A stretch of 64,000 bases of DNA from NCBI RefSeq assembly GCF_006345805.1, contig NC_042997.1:180792001-180856000 (forward strand). Direction: 5' to 3'. The position numbers and the translations under genes are program-made. This document shows positions 28,393-41,218 of this stretch, piece by piece (positions within the stretch are counted from its first letter, which is position 1; each line of letters opens with the position of its first letter). This DNA comes from Octopus sinensis (Eukaryota). The notes beneath the pieces were generated by a model. It was not told the DNA's origin, searched no databases, and saw nothing but the letters and a program-made list of their open reading frames with translations.

Positions 28393-29361
28393 TTCATTTT
28401 CACCAGGTTTCTACAATCAGTATTTCCGAAAATGTGTGGTTGGTCCTACACAGACCTTCATCGCAAAGAACAATTTTCTGTGTAGATTGTCTAACAGGGC
28501 TGCTGAATCTTCACATGTGCAGACTGAGGGAAAAGTCCACTGCATATCCTGCTATACACCCCCCGTACATCAATCTATCTCTCTATCTATCGCATGTGTG
28601 TGTGTGTGTGTGTGTGTTTGTATGTGCGTGTGTACACATTCTTTAGACAGCTAAATGGATAGATATAACCATATTATATAGGTATTACTATGTACATTAC
28701 GAAAGCAAAATAAGTGACAAGAAACAGCAAACGAAAAACAGACATAACCCTTCCCACTATATAACGAAAAACTGTCATGAGTCAACAATGATTCTGCGAT
28801 AATGACTAAATGCAGCTATAACGGAGTGTTTACCAGTATCATCCACCTCCATCCATACAGGCCATACCGTCAAGTACCCACAAATGACATCATCCGCAAC
28901 GAGAATTTATCACCATGAGGTGGACTGTAACCAAGGCGCAGCATACAAAAATAGAATACACCTCATGTGTGAGTGCTAAGTTACATTTCCGTATACCTGT
29001 TAATAAACAGTCACATTTTGATCTGCTTTGCCAAGACTGAATCGCCGGAAATCCTATTGTTGATACTGCAGGCATTGTTGGATGGAATCGCCGGTGCGAA
29101 TGCAGAGAGTCTATGTCAATCGTAACCACAAGACGTATTCAGCTTTTCCTTTTCCGTGAACTTCAAAGAACTATCCGCATTCAAAAAGATGAGAATCTCT
29201 GAGTGTCTGTCGTTATAAGTTATGAGGACGTTATTTAACATGTGTTTGTGTCTGTATGTATGTATATGTATATAAGTATATAATATATATATATGCATAT
29301 ATATAGATACACACACATATATTTACATACGTATATGTATATATGTATATCAAATATACTT

Positions 29362-29431
<70 letters not shown>

Positions 29432-29663
29432 GCACAAATATTTACATATACATGTGTATATATGTATATGAAATATATATGTATATATATATTCGCTTCC
29501 ATAGAGCTTGAAGTTCCACAGACTCATCCAAAGCAACTATCTGATTAGACTCGGGAAAACCGTATATATATGCACTATATGTAGGTCCCGGGTTGAGTCG
29601 GGGTTAACCACAGTAAATAAGGTACTCAATACATAGCAGGGTAAAGTAATTTATTTTATAGAA

Positions 29664-29718
29664 GGAGCTTCTACAGGACTAGAACTGTTTCATTCAGATG
29701 AAATCTTCAGGAAGCTCC
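29664..29718 (-). ncRNA. Type I hammerhead ribozyme-like motif
   Basis: Minus strand: GGAGCUUC-CUGAAGA-U UUC AUCU GAA U-GAAA-CAG UUCUAGUC CUG-UA-GAAGCUCC. Stem I 8 bp, stem III closes, predicted GUA cleavage between 29672 and 29671; stem II closed by U.U rather than G-C. Confidence 0.65.
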
Positions 29719-29764
29719 TGAAGCTTTCATCTGATTGAAACAGTTCTAGTCCTGTAGAAGCTCC
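29710..29764 (+). ncRNA. Mirror-image hammerhead-like motif, degenerate
   Basis: CUGAAGC (A9 to C)-UUUCAUCUGAUU-GAAA-CAG UUCUAGUC CUG-UA-GAAGCUCC; stem I imperfect. Confidence 0.4.
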
Positions 29765-30609
29765 TTCTATAAAATAAAATATATGCACTATATATAGGTT
29801 TCAGCCCTTTCGTTTATCACCTCTTTGGGCCACTCTAACACCCTGGAAGCGGTCATCGATTAACTACGGATAAAGAAACGCTGCATAAACGTCTGCCCGA
29901 CCATCAATAAACCTCCGATGGAATTAGCAGGCCTGCGGTTCGCTTGTTCAAATCCTACTTTTTTCTGGCCACCAACATTCTTCCGGCACATGTTCATAGA
30001 AATTCGAAACGGAATACAGAACAGAATTTGAATTAATGTTACTAAATTGCTAGGGATACCATCTGACTCGTACTGACCAATAGCAGACCATCTTGGACTC
30101 GCCTTATTCGGTTTTCCCTTAATGAGACTTAATGAGATAGTTGCGTTGGATGAGTCTATGGAACTTCAAGCTTTATGGAAACGAATCAAGTTGTTATGAA
30201 ATAATATAAGTAACTTCTACCAAAACGCGTGAGTGTCACTCACTTTCGAGGTCTAGTAACTCATATATATGTAACAGAAAGGGAGGAATTTCGATTTTCC
30301 CTAGTGGTGAATTGTATTATATATAAGAAATTAAAGAAGTAAAATGCACATACTTTACATAGTTTTGATATAATTTTTTTATATATTTTATATTGTGTTA
30401 GTCGACCGGTTTCTCTTTCGCTAATCATGACATTAAAATTTATTTAAATACGTATTTTCTGAAGAGAATTTTTGTGCATGTTGTATGTGGAGCTTATTAA
30501 TGAATGATTCAACAAGTAGAAAGGGAGTTAATTGGTTATTGTTATTATTATGGACAGGTGAGATAATTGTTCTTCTTTCGGTGGTGGTGGTAGGGGGAAT
30601 ATGTATAAG

Positions 30610-30642
<33 letters not shown>

Positions 30643-31171
30643 TTTAAAACTACAGTAGTGGGAAGAAATATATACAGTTATGGGTATGAATTTAAAAATG
30701 TATAGAGATCAAAGTTGGTTATACGTGCATATTTAGACGTGTTCTGTATTTTTCGATGAAAAAATTTTCGTTATTTAAACGTTCTTCTATGAAAATTGTC
30801 TTTGCACTGGTAGAAGAGGAAAATTGAGAAAGTTCGTTTCATATTACCTGTACATCTCTCTACGTGTTCACTTAAAGAGACATGTCTGTATTGCGGGAAG
30901 CGGATCTGCACTTTATGTAGAGTGGTTCTCCTTCTCAATGTCATACTCGTCTGTCATATATAGTGATGTTCACAACCCGAACAGATTATTACATAAATTT
31001 GATTCTCAGAGGCACATGTGAAGTTGGTTTTAATTGTGAACTTCTTTCCTTGTCTGAAAAGGAAACCCTAGCCTACAAGTTGGTTGAGGCATGTTCCACA
31101 GTTTGGGCGGTTACAGTCTTTAATTTTATATGTATCTATCTATCTAACTATCTATCTATCAATCTATCTAT

Positions 31172-31239
<68 letters not shown>

Positions 31240-31249
31240 TATCTATCTA

Positions 31250-31308
<59 letters not shown>

Positions 31309-31357
31309 TAAACATATGTGTGTGTATACGCAAATATATTTCTATATATACATACGA

Positions 31358-31458
31358 AAGAGAACGATAGAATAAGTACCGGGCTTAAAACATAATTCCT
31401 GCCCCAGCATGATCGCAGTCTAATGACTGAAACAGGTAAAAGATGAAAGATAAAGATA
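31358..31458 (+). mobile_element. SINE family A-related 3' fragment
   Basis: cgatagaataagtacc...gccccagcatgatcgcagtctaatgactgaaacaggtaaaaga. Confidence 0.75.
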
Positions 31459-32134
31459 CATGCAAATGCATATTACTTATTAGGTAGATAGGTAAGTTAA
31501 GTAGGGAGGCATATGTATAATGTTTATGTATATATGCTCGTATATACATAACACAACATTGTTTCATTGTCTCAGAAGACGCTAATATGTGTGGTTGCTT
31601 CCTTTCTCTATTTATTTTTATTCTAACAGCATAACATCATATTTCACAGTAACATATCCTTTCCAACGTAATAATTTTTTGCTTTTATATAATTCGATCT
31701 TCAATATTAATTCTGTCTCCTTATGTTCACCCATTATTTACTGCGTGTTACAGTTCCTGACCTTAAGCATTCATGTACATTCAACATTAACTGTCCAGGT
31801 GTGTTTTCCGCAAAAGAAAAAATGAAGCCTAAAAACGATGTTTTAACACGTAGATCACATAAATTTCTTAATATGTCCACACAACACCTAATCAATTTGA
31901 TTCTAAATTTAACGTATGTTATCATTTAGAATTACGATTAGTTCAAAAACTGCATTGTTTTAAATTATCTATCTTCCAGCTATTTCTGTGAAATAGGTAT
32001 TTAAAGTTTTAAATGAAAATGAGACACGCAATAAGTATATGTTATAAATATTCTTGAGAACGGAATGGATGATACAATAATTATTCTTCATACCTATATA
32101 CATACATAGATAGATACATACATACATGTGTATA

Positions 32135-32227
<93 letters not shown>

Positions 32228-33026
32228 AATATATATATATATGTATATATATATATAAATATATATATATATGTATATATAAATATATATATATATATAA
32301 TATATATATATAATATAAATATATATATATATTATATATATATATATATGTGTGTATGTAAATAAATATATATATATGTATATAAATATATATATATGTA
32401 TATAAATATATATATATATATATATATACGGATATATATTTTATACCCACATATATGCATATATGTAGACTGGGACGAACTCAGTAGCTTGAAACAATCG
32501 TAAAGTCAGAATCAAGTCTTTTATAAAGAAGAAACGCTTAAAAATAATATTGTTTCGTATAGTCTAACTAAAACACTGAATGGCTTGATACAAAGCTCGC
32601 TGATTTTATATATGTATGTGTATATTTTATATATGTATGTATATGTATATATATATTCATGTTCATATATATGTATCTATATACATGTATATACATATAC
32701 ACACATATATACACATGTACACATATATGTGTTTGTGTATACATGATATATATATGTTTTGAGTCTGGGAAGAGCCATTTTGTTTTAATGCCTCATTAAT
32801 AAATACACCCACCGGTTCGATTTCTACTCATTTACCTATTTATTTTTTCTAACGAAAATGTGAATGAGTGGAAATCGAACTGGTGCGTGAGTAAATTAAG
32901 AAGGAACTAAATGAGAATAACTCACCTCAGACAATAAAATATGCTTCAACACACGAATTCACATGAAGAATCTTGGAAACCAAATACAAAAACGATATGT
33001 GTGTGTGCGTATGTATGTGTGTGTGT

Positions 33027-33062
<36 letters not shown>

Positions 33063-33064
<2 letters not shown>

Positions 33065-33353
33065 CAGGCGTCCATATTGAATTCTTCTGCGAGGCAGAAT
33101 CCTCAACTGATGTCTGGCGATTTTCCAAAATAAGCTGTATTAGCCCTTAGGGAAAAATAGCGGTGTAAGGGAGGTAACTTATAAAAATGGTAAGACAACA
33201 AAAGAATGACAGAGACCTCGATATTATGTAAATAGAGGAATTTATCTGTAAATGTAATATGTGACAATTATTCGGTAGCCATGATAAAACTCCGAGTTTT
33301 GGATGGCTGTGGAAATCCAAGCCGCCATCTCTTCAGTTATCCAGCCATCGGAA
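33063..33353 (-). mobile_element. Probable Penelope-LTR-like insert within (TA)n, containing a degenerate hammerhead
   Basis: Complex sequence bounded by TA tracts on both sides; hammerhead-like motif at 33283-33341. Confidence 0.55.
33283..33341 (-). ncRNA. Degenerate minimal type I hammerhead-like motif
   Basis: GAUAA-CUGAAGA-GAUGGC(16 nt)GCCAUC-C-AAAA (GAAA expected)-CUC G GAG-UU-UUAUC; stem I 5 bp, stem II 6 bp, near loop-less stem III. Confidence 0.5.
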
Positions 33354-33411
<58 letters not shown>

Positions 33412-35236
33412 CTAAGATTCAGTTGAATTAGGTACTGAAGTTGAGGCACCAAGTCAGTCCGTTATTACCCATACAGCTCCATTAAATCAGCAATGTAAGC
33501 ATTACATCAATTTAAATAAAATGCCATTTTCAGTTGCAAAAAATATGGATTTTCAGCAGACAAGATATATTAACATAATTTATCTCAAATATTTTATCAG
33601 AACTAGAGATTGAAAGAATTCCATGTTGCCACTATTGCAGTAGAAATAATCTAAGAGTAAAACATCTTGAATTTTGAAGTGGCAGGAATGGAACACAGTG
33701 GGGATCATGGGATTGTAACTCATTTCTAGTTTTTATCTATCTCCTTATCAAGATCAAAAGATCTAATGCTAGTAGACTGCGTTTATTGTGAATAAGAACT
33801 TTACGAGTTGACAGTTCAGAACAGGCTTCCATTAAGACTATTCTGCAGAGACCTGAATAAGTGGAAATCCGAAGGAACAATATCTGGTAAACTGAATTAA
33901 AACACATGAAAGTTTTTTGGGAGATCGTTGTTACGAATACCCAATGAACAATAATGTTGATATAAAAGTCATGTTATGCTGGTATAAAATCAACTCTTGC
34001 GATATTTGATCATAAACTCTGGGACAGAAAGCTTTCTGTTATATAAAAGGCAAAGTCAATGATCTATTATATTAAACCTCAGCACTATCCATAAGTATGG
34101 AATAAAGAGAAAAAAATTTAAATACTTGTAATTTTCAGAATTCCGGGTTAATTAAACTTTTGTTCAACATCTAAAATCAATTACAGCATTCACTGACATT
34201 TATCTGTAAGCGAGGATTGTAGTTTTAAATTTTATTTTGTTAATTTTACTCCATACAAAATGAAACTAATTTTAGTAAACGTGTGCATTGGAAAATCAAT
34301 ACAACATTTGACAAATTGGGAATTATGTTTCCCGACACGAAAATATTTGTTTTCTAACTACTTAATTACAAATTCTAAAAGACCAACGAATATCTTATGT
34401 CTGTCTCCAACTCACATTGGTTCAATAGACGGAAATTGTTTGGCGGTGAAGTGTTTTAAATTCACTTAGAAAGAGAACCGATATAATAATTAGAAGTCAA
34501 AACTGAAATGCATTTTATTCTTCATTCACATAAGTATCTAAAATAATAATGAAAATATATGGTGCGAATACACATATGTTAAGAATGTTTTTTTATACTG
34601 ATTGTTGAACTCAGACTTCAAAATTTTTTGTACTAATCTACAGAATATTAACAATTACTTGATATATTTTTATACTGAATATTTTTCTTTATACAGAATT
34701 TTGCTCACTAGAAGTACAGCAAAATTTATCAAATTCTGTATACAACATAGTGGACATCTTAGAACTGAAAGATTAATGCAAACACAGCGGAATTTTAAGA
34801 GGAGGGAGTTAGCATATTCACTAGCTACAATGATGTCATACAATTCCACCAATAATTCTCATGCATATCAGCTTTATATAACGTAATCATTCATCAACCA
34901 TGACTTTCCCTAATTTATTGCTCGAATAAAACAGATGAAAACATGTGTAACCATGTTCTTTCGATGCATATATACAACTAAATATAAACATAAACGGGCA
35001 TTACTTTATGTATGTATGTATGTATGTATGTATGTATGTATGTATGTGTATGTATGTATGTATGTATGTATGTATGTATGTATGTATGTGTATATATAAT
35101 ATATACATACATACATACATATATACATATATACATATATATATACATATATATATATATATGCACGTATAGTAAATATACAAACACAAATACGTTCGCG
35201 CACATATATCTATATATACGTATCGTAAATATATGC

Positions 35237-35306
<70 letters not shown>

Positions 35307-36143
35307 TATATATAAGTAACAGGATGTCAGGTATTCATGCAATACGACTGGTTCAGGCGGTTCCATTTAATCGAACAAAGGCCAAACTTGTGGTGGGATG
35401 ATATTTTTATGGTAAGATGAATATTCTAATGAGATCGTAGACATTGGCAATGTCAATACTATACTCCTATCGAAAGTATGTTCCGATTTGAACTTCTCGT
35501 CCAAGGAGAGAGCTTACCAAAGAGTAGAATCATTGTAGCATAGAATGTGATAGGCTTTGTCTCTTATAGAAATATATAGCTTAAAGAATTCGCACCTTTC
35601 GTGAATAAATATTCGGATACCATACGATAACAATTTATGATATTGCACTGGATGAATATAGCACTTTTCTATCTCATATATCCTTACTCCAATTGTTAAC
35701 GTCGCAGATGTTTTCCATTAAGTTATATTAATGGCGCTGCTAATGTCAAAGTTAATGTTCGAAGTGTCTTCCTCTCTGAAATTTGGCAAGTTTTGTCAAT
35801 CTCCTCGAAATATGACATGAAAAAACCTACAGATGTAAACAACACCAATTTTAAACGTTATACTAAATTTCCTAATGGTTCCTCCAAATTGATACTTCGT
35901 AAACACACCTTTTCATTCAGAAACATCAAATAAACGAACAGTACAGATAACACCATGTAAATATTGAGATAAAAAACTATTTGGGTAGATAAAATCTCGA
36001 ACCTATATCACCTGGAGATATGACAGACGTTCCGGCAATCCTTCCCTTCAAATTACTCTATTAATGATGGCTCCAAATATTTACATTATGTGTGTACTCG
36101 CGCGAGTATGTATTCGTGTGGGTGTGTGCGTGTGCATATATAC

Positions 36144-36178
<35 letters not shown>

Positions 36179-36198
36179 TGTATGTATGTATGTATGTA

Positions 36199-36239
<41 letters not shown>

Positions 36240-36241
<2 letters not shown>

Positions 36242-36440
36242 TATATATATATAACTGAGAATGTGTGTCTGTCTGTCTGTGTAAATCCCTAAAACTTGAG
36301 AACTACACAACCAATTTCATTCAAATTTTACACATGCCTTACTTAAGGTCCATGTAGTGTCATGGGCAAAAAACTTCTAACTTTTTGTCTAGGGTGAGCC
36401 TACAACAATATCATATCTTCTCCACTATTTCAGTATTGAG
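36240..36440 (+). mobile_element. Possible 5' part of a Helitron-associated (HINE/DINE-like) element
   Basis: Starts tctatatatatataac, then (gtct)n and aactacacaaccaatttcattcaaatttt, the usual layout of such elements; no 3' CTAG/hairpin found. Confidence 0.4.
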
Positions 36441-36869
36441 ATCCTGCTACTCAAATATTTATATATATATATATATATACATAATGTTTTTATCGTGGTT
36501 TCCACCATATTTTCTTAGAATAACAGACGAAATTGGAAACGCGTGACGCCTATGTGATATATACAAAACAGTTCCTGAAACAATTCCAAAACAATAAAAA
36601 CAAAGCTGCAAGATAAATGTTTCTCCCATATGGTGCTCAGCAATAATAATTCTATTCTCTTTTATGGCTTAGAACGTGAGTCACGTGACTATGGTGTTCA
36701 CTTCAATATCTTAATGTGTTGGGTTCACTCGTTGGTCGGACTACATTTTGTGTACTTGAGAAAGTTAATTTATCTCGATATTCTCAGTTGTAAATGAGTA
36801 CTAACCAGATGCTGATGTAACTCTCTCTTTCTTTCTTTCTCTCTCTCTCTCTCTCTCTTCTTTCTTTCT

Positions 36870-36918
<49 letters not shown>

Positions 36919-37214
36919 TTCCTTTCTCCAGCTGTTACAAGTAAGATGTTCCACAATAGTTGTTCCACAGTGTAATTGTCAAAAAGCACAAAGAAAGTGT
37001 CTACTACAGACTATATAAGTATCTAAAATAATTTACGAAAGCATGGTGTGTTTCATCAAATGGTACTAGTGACAGAGACGTCTGGCTGTATAGTTTGGAA
37101 TATCATGAAGTTTACAATAACCAACATTTTCTTATCTGTAAATATCAGGATTTGTAGCAGTGTGTGTAATCCTTTAAATGCCTTAATAGAACAACTGTAA
37201 AGTAACTTAATTCG

Positions 37215-37570
37215 CTTTTTGTACCTGTTTCAATCATTAGAATGCGGCCATCCTACGGCACACCTCAAAGAATTTTTAGTTGAATGAATCGGCTCCAGTT
37301 CATTTTTGTAAAGCCTGGTACTTATCTTAAAGGTCTCTTTAACCGAACCGCTAAGTCACGTACACGTACACGTAAACACACCAAAACTAGTTGTCAAGCA
37401 TTGCTGAAGGACATCAACACACACATATGCACGCACAGAACACTTATAGACGATGGGCGTCTTTCAGTACCTTCTACCAAATCCACTCTCAACGCTTTGG
37501 TTGGCAGAGGGTTACAGTAAAAGATAATTGCCCAAGCTGGCCTGCAGTGGGACTGAACCCGAAACTAAGC
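37215..37570 (-). mobile_element. SINE family A, old diverged copy
   Basis: Recognisable gcagtgggactgaacccg, ctaccaaatccactc, gaaccgctaagt blocks. Confidence 0.75.
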
Positions 37571-37571
37571 T

Positions 37572-37805
37572 TCTTATTTCTTTATTGCCCACAAGAGGCT
37601 AAACATACAGGGGACAAACAAGGACAGACAAAGGGATTAAGTCGATTACATCGACCCCAGTGCGTAACTGGTACTTAATTTATCGACCCCGAAAGGATGA
37701 AAGGCAAAGTCGACCTCGGCGGAGTTTGAACTCAGAACGTAACGGCAGACGAAATACCACCAAGCATTTCACCCAGCGTACTAACGTTTCTCCCAGCTCA
37801 CCGCC
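37572..37805 (-). mobile_element. SINE family C (tail type cccttt/gtctgtccttgtttgtcccc...ggcaataaagaaat)
   Basis: Head ggcggtgagctgggagaaacgttag, B-box-like gagttcaaactcc, conserved core gcctttcatcctttcggggtcgataaattaagtaccag. Confidence 0.88.
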
Positions 37806-38615
37806 TTCTTTACCACACAGTTCCGCCTGCGCCTGTATTTGTTTTTCAAGTTTCTTAATGTAACCATCTATAGAGGGCTCACTTTACGATGAGAAACACA
37901 TGCACTGGTTTTATCCCCCCCATTTTATTATCATTAGCCAACTAGTTAACCAATTAACAAATTACGCAACGACTGCTTGATTAATCATTCCATCAATCAA
38001 TTAATCAGCTAATCTGCCGAAGTTCTTCCGTTGTGTATTTACGACCTTCTCATTAATATGCCCTCCTTACTTGAGGTCTGTCTCCTTGTTTCCAGGCTTT
38101 TAATACTGCATTTGTAGTTGTGGTCGGTGTGAGTGTGTTGTGAGTGAGTGAGTGAGTGAATGCGTGATGCTATCTTCAGTTTTGTAAAAATGTAGAAAGA
38201 AAAAGTTGCTCCAGTTTGGCATTATTTCTAACGGCGGAAATAAGCTAAATAACTGCGTAACTAGTTGATTCTAAAACGATATGACAATTACCCGTGCCTC
38301 AAGAAAACTAGTTTATTTGAAATGAAATGCAAGAATCAATTTTATAACTGAACTGTTGTTTACGTGAAAGACATTGATAGTTTGGTCATTAAAAGAAGTG
38401 AAACTATCACCAGTGATTAACAGACTAATGTAATTACCTTGTTGAGCAAAGGATTGCTATGGAATCTATGAAGTAATCAATGAAAGTCATTAAGATCAAT
38501 AAAGAACATAAACACAGAAGAGACTCTTGGATCGTTTCTGAATTAACTGATCTCACTCAGGTTTCGATAATTAAAAGCAATAGAAATTAACGGATAAAGA
38601 AGAAACAGAGAAAAA

Positions 38616-38765
<150 letters not shown>

Positions 38766-38840
38766 AATGACAAATGTGGTAGTGGTGGTGGTGGTGAGAG
38801 GCAGAAAAGAGAAAGTAAAAGTAATACGAATTATGACAAT

Positions 38841-38842
<2 letters not shown>

Positions 38843-38877
<35 letters not shown>

Positions 38878-38920
38878 TAATAATGATGATGATGATGATG
38901 GTTTCTTTTAATTTTTGTTT

Positions 38921-38951
<31 letters not shown>

Positions 38952-38978
38952 TTATCATCATCATTATTATTATTATTA

Positions 38979-39027
<49 letters not shown>

Positions 39028-39159
39028 CATTATCATCATCATTATTATTATTATTATTATTATCAATATCATCATCATCATTATTATTATTTTATATTAT
39101 TATTATTATTATTATTATTATTATCATTATTATTATTATTATTATTATTATCATCATCA

Positions 39160-39222
<63 letters not shown>
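38843..39222. repeat. (AAT)/(ATT)/(ATC)n compound microsatellite
   Basis: Direct inspection. Confidence 0.95.
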
Positions 39223-39223
<1 letters not shown>

Positions 39224-39505
39224 TGTTTCATAATAATGATAATTAACTGTTATGTCAAAGAGAATTTATCAGCATTCATGTTATGAGTTTCTTTGAAAGC
39301 CGCTAACAGTTGCCAACAGGTTTTTGTTTTCTTTCTCAAGCTAAAAAGGAAATTTCTCGTAACTGAGATCAGATTTTACGTCATTGAATACGTCACGCAT
39401 TCACTTATTTCGACCATTGGTTCACCAGAGTTATTTTTCATAGGTTAAATAAATGTTGATTTCTGTTTGTTTTTGTTTTCTTTTTTATAAGTAAAAATAT
39501 CAAAT

Positions 39506-39554
39506 GGCGGTGCACCAGCATGGCCACAGCTCGTGAGTTGAAACTAGATAAAAT
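39506..39554 (+). mobile_element. Isolated LINE/SINE 3'-terminal stem-loop fragment
   Basis: ggcggtgcaccagcatggccacagctcgtgagttgaaactagataaaat; same module as the family A tail and the 6.3-kb LINE tail. Confidence 0.75.
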
Positions 39555-39580
39555 AATTTTTTTTTTTAAATATCAATGAA

Positions 39581-39755
39581 CTCTCTCTCTTTACTCTCTT
39601 TACTCTTTTACTTGATTCAGTAATTTGACTGTGGCCATGCTGGAGCACCGCCTTTTAGTAGAGGAAATCGACTCCAGGACTTATTCTTTCTAAGACTAGT
39701 ACTTATTCTATCGGCCTCTTTTTCCGAACCGCTAAGTTACGGACACACACACACA

Positions 39756-39826
<71 letters not shown>

Positions 39827-39980
39827 TGTGACGGGTTTCTTTCAGTTTCCGTCTACCAAATCCACTCGCAAAGCTTTGGTCTGCCCGAGGCTATAGTTGA
39901 AGATGCTTGCCAAGGTTCCACGCAGTGGTACTGAACCCGGAACCGTGTGGTTCGTAGGCAAGCTACTTACCACACAGCCA
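39581..39980 (-). mobile_element. SINE family A, near full length
   Basis: Head, body, internal (CA)(TA)n and 3' module with (gagtaaa/ga)n tail. Confidence 0.9.
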
Positions 39981-40183
39981 CATCTTTCGTAATTCTCTTT
40001 CTCCCAAATGTACCAAAAGAAAAAAGAAAAAAGAGAAAATATCATGTGAATCGGCCAACATAGGATTCAACAGAAAAAGCAGTGATAATTAGCTTCAATA
40101 CCACTGAAAATTTCTACTTGCGATAGTCTCTTCAGTTTGTAAATTATGTTTGTGGAATTAGTTCTTGATATCTTAAAAGTGAG

Positions 40184-40824
40184 CACCCAACCAGCCCTGC
40201 GAAATTTTTTTTCCCACGAGAGTTCCGTACTCTAGTTATGAACCCATTTGCATAGAGCTAGTCAGAGCTCAAATATCAAACTAGTGTCCACCTAGTCACG
40301 AAAATACTCTGGTTGAATTCAGTGGAAAATGTGAGTCATAGCGAAATCTGTTCTAAACCGATTAATAGGGGAGACAAATGTGAAATTCAGTGTATAAAGT
40401 GAGTAGAGAGCTGCTCTCTGATGATGCCTAAGTGTTGCCAATTTGCGTCATTTACGAGAAAATGTAAATGAGTGAAGTTTCCTAATTTTTTGACTGATTT
40501 TTTACATTCCTAATTTAAAATGTTGGCGTTGATCTAGAAACATCGTAATCAATATGGCGTTGAGTCTATTGCACCCACCTTGCATATATCAGTGGGTACA
40601 TGCAGTATCACTAATCTTAGTCTGAGCATAGGTACCTAATGTTAGGTCCATATAGAGATGGTGCTCAATTGATCTATGAGGATGGCGGTGGGGGACCTGC
40701 TATGCTGTACCGTAGTAGTACGCAGTATGTGGATTTTCAAGGTGAGCTCTGATTGGCTGTATGCAAATGAGTTCATTATTGGGACCCGGAACACTCGTGG
40801 GAAAAATTTCGCAACTAGCCCGTG
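40184..40824. mobile_element. MITE-like element with ~80-90-bp imperfect terminal inverted repeats
   Basis: tgcgaaatttttttcccacgagagttccg...atgaacccatttgcatag...cagagctc (40198-40268) mirrors 40744-40812; possible CAC...GTG ends; no TSD seen. Confidence 0.7.
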
Positions 40825-40855
40825 ACTATAGTAGAAAACATTAAGCGAAGGTGTC

Positions 40856-41218
40856 CATCGCCTTTAGTCGAGCAAATCGATCCCAGGACTTATTCTTTGT
40901 AAGCCTAGTACTTAATTCTATCGGTCTCTTTTGCCGAATCGCTAAGTTACGAGGACGTAAACACACTAGCATCGGTTGTCAATCGATGTTGGCGGGGGAG
41001 GCAAACATAGACACAAAAACATGTACACACACACACACATATATATACGTATATACGACGAGCTTCTTTCAGTTTCCGTCTACCAAATCCACTCACAAGG
41101 CTTTGGTTGGCCTGAAGCTACAGTCGAAGACACTTGCCCAAGGTGCCACGCAGTGGGATTGAACCCGGAACCATGTGGTTCGTAAGCAAGCTACTTACCA
41201 CACAGCCACTCCTGCTCC
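40856..41218 (-). mobile_element. SINE family A, lacking terminal module
   Basis: Matches other copies from head to gcaaatcgatcccagg. Confidence 0.9.

Larger units (their letters stand above)
29581..29778. mobile_element. 198-bp hairpin element with inverted Penelope-LTR-like halves, flanked by a 15-bp TSD
   Basis: TSD atatatgcactatat at 29566-29580 and 29779-29793; palindrome 29650-29778 (axis 29714, two mismatches, 3-nt loop); partial paralogue at 13904. Confidence 0.85.

Noticed and set aside
29650-29778. Possible CRISPR repeat or rho-independent terminator reading of this and other palindromes
   Set aside because: The context is eukaryotic, there is no repeat-spacer periodicity and no cas genes; hammerhead/PLE features explain it better.
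36020-36056. Hammerhead-like remnants here (minus) and at 32468-32507 (plus)
   Set aside because: Both core halves carry several changes and stem I cannot be formed; too decayed to call.
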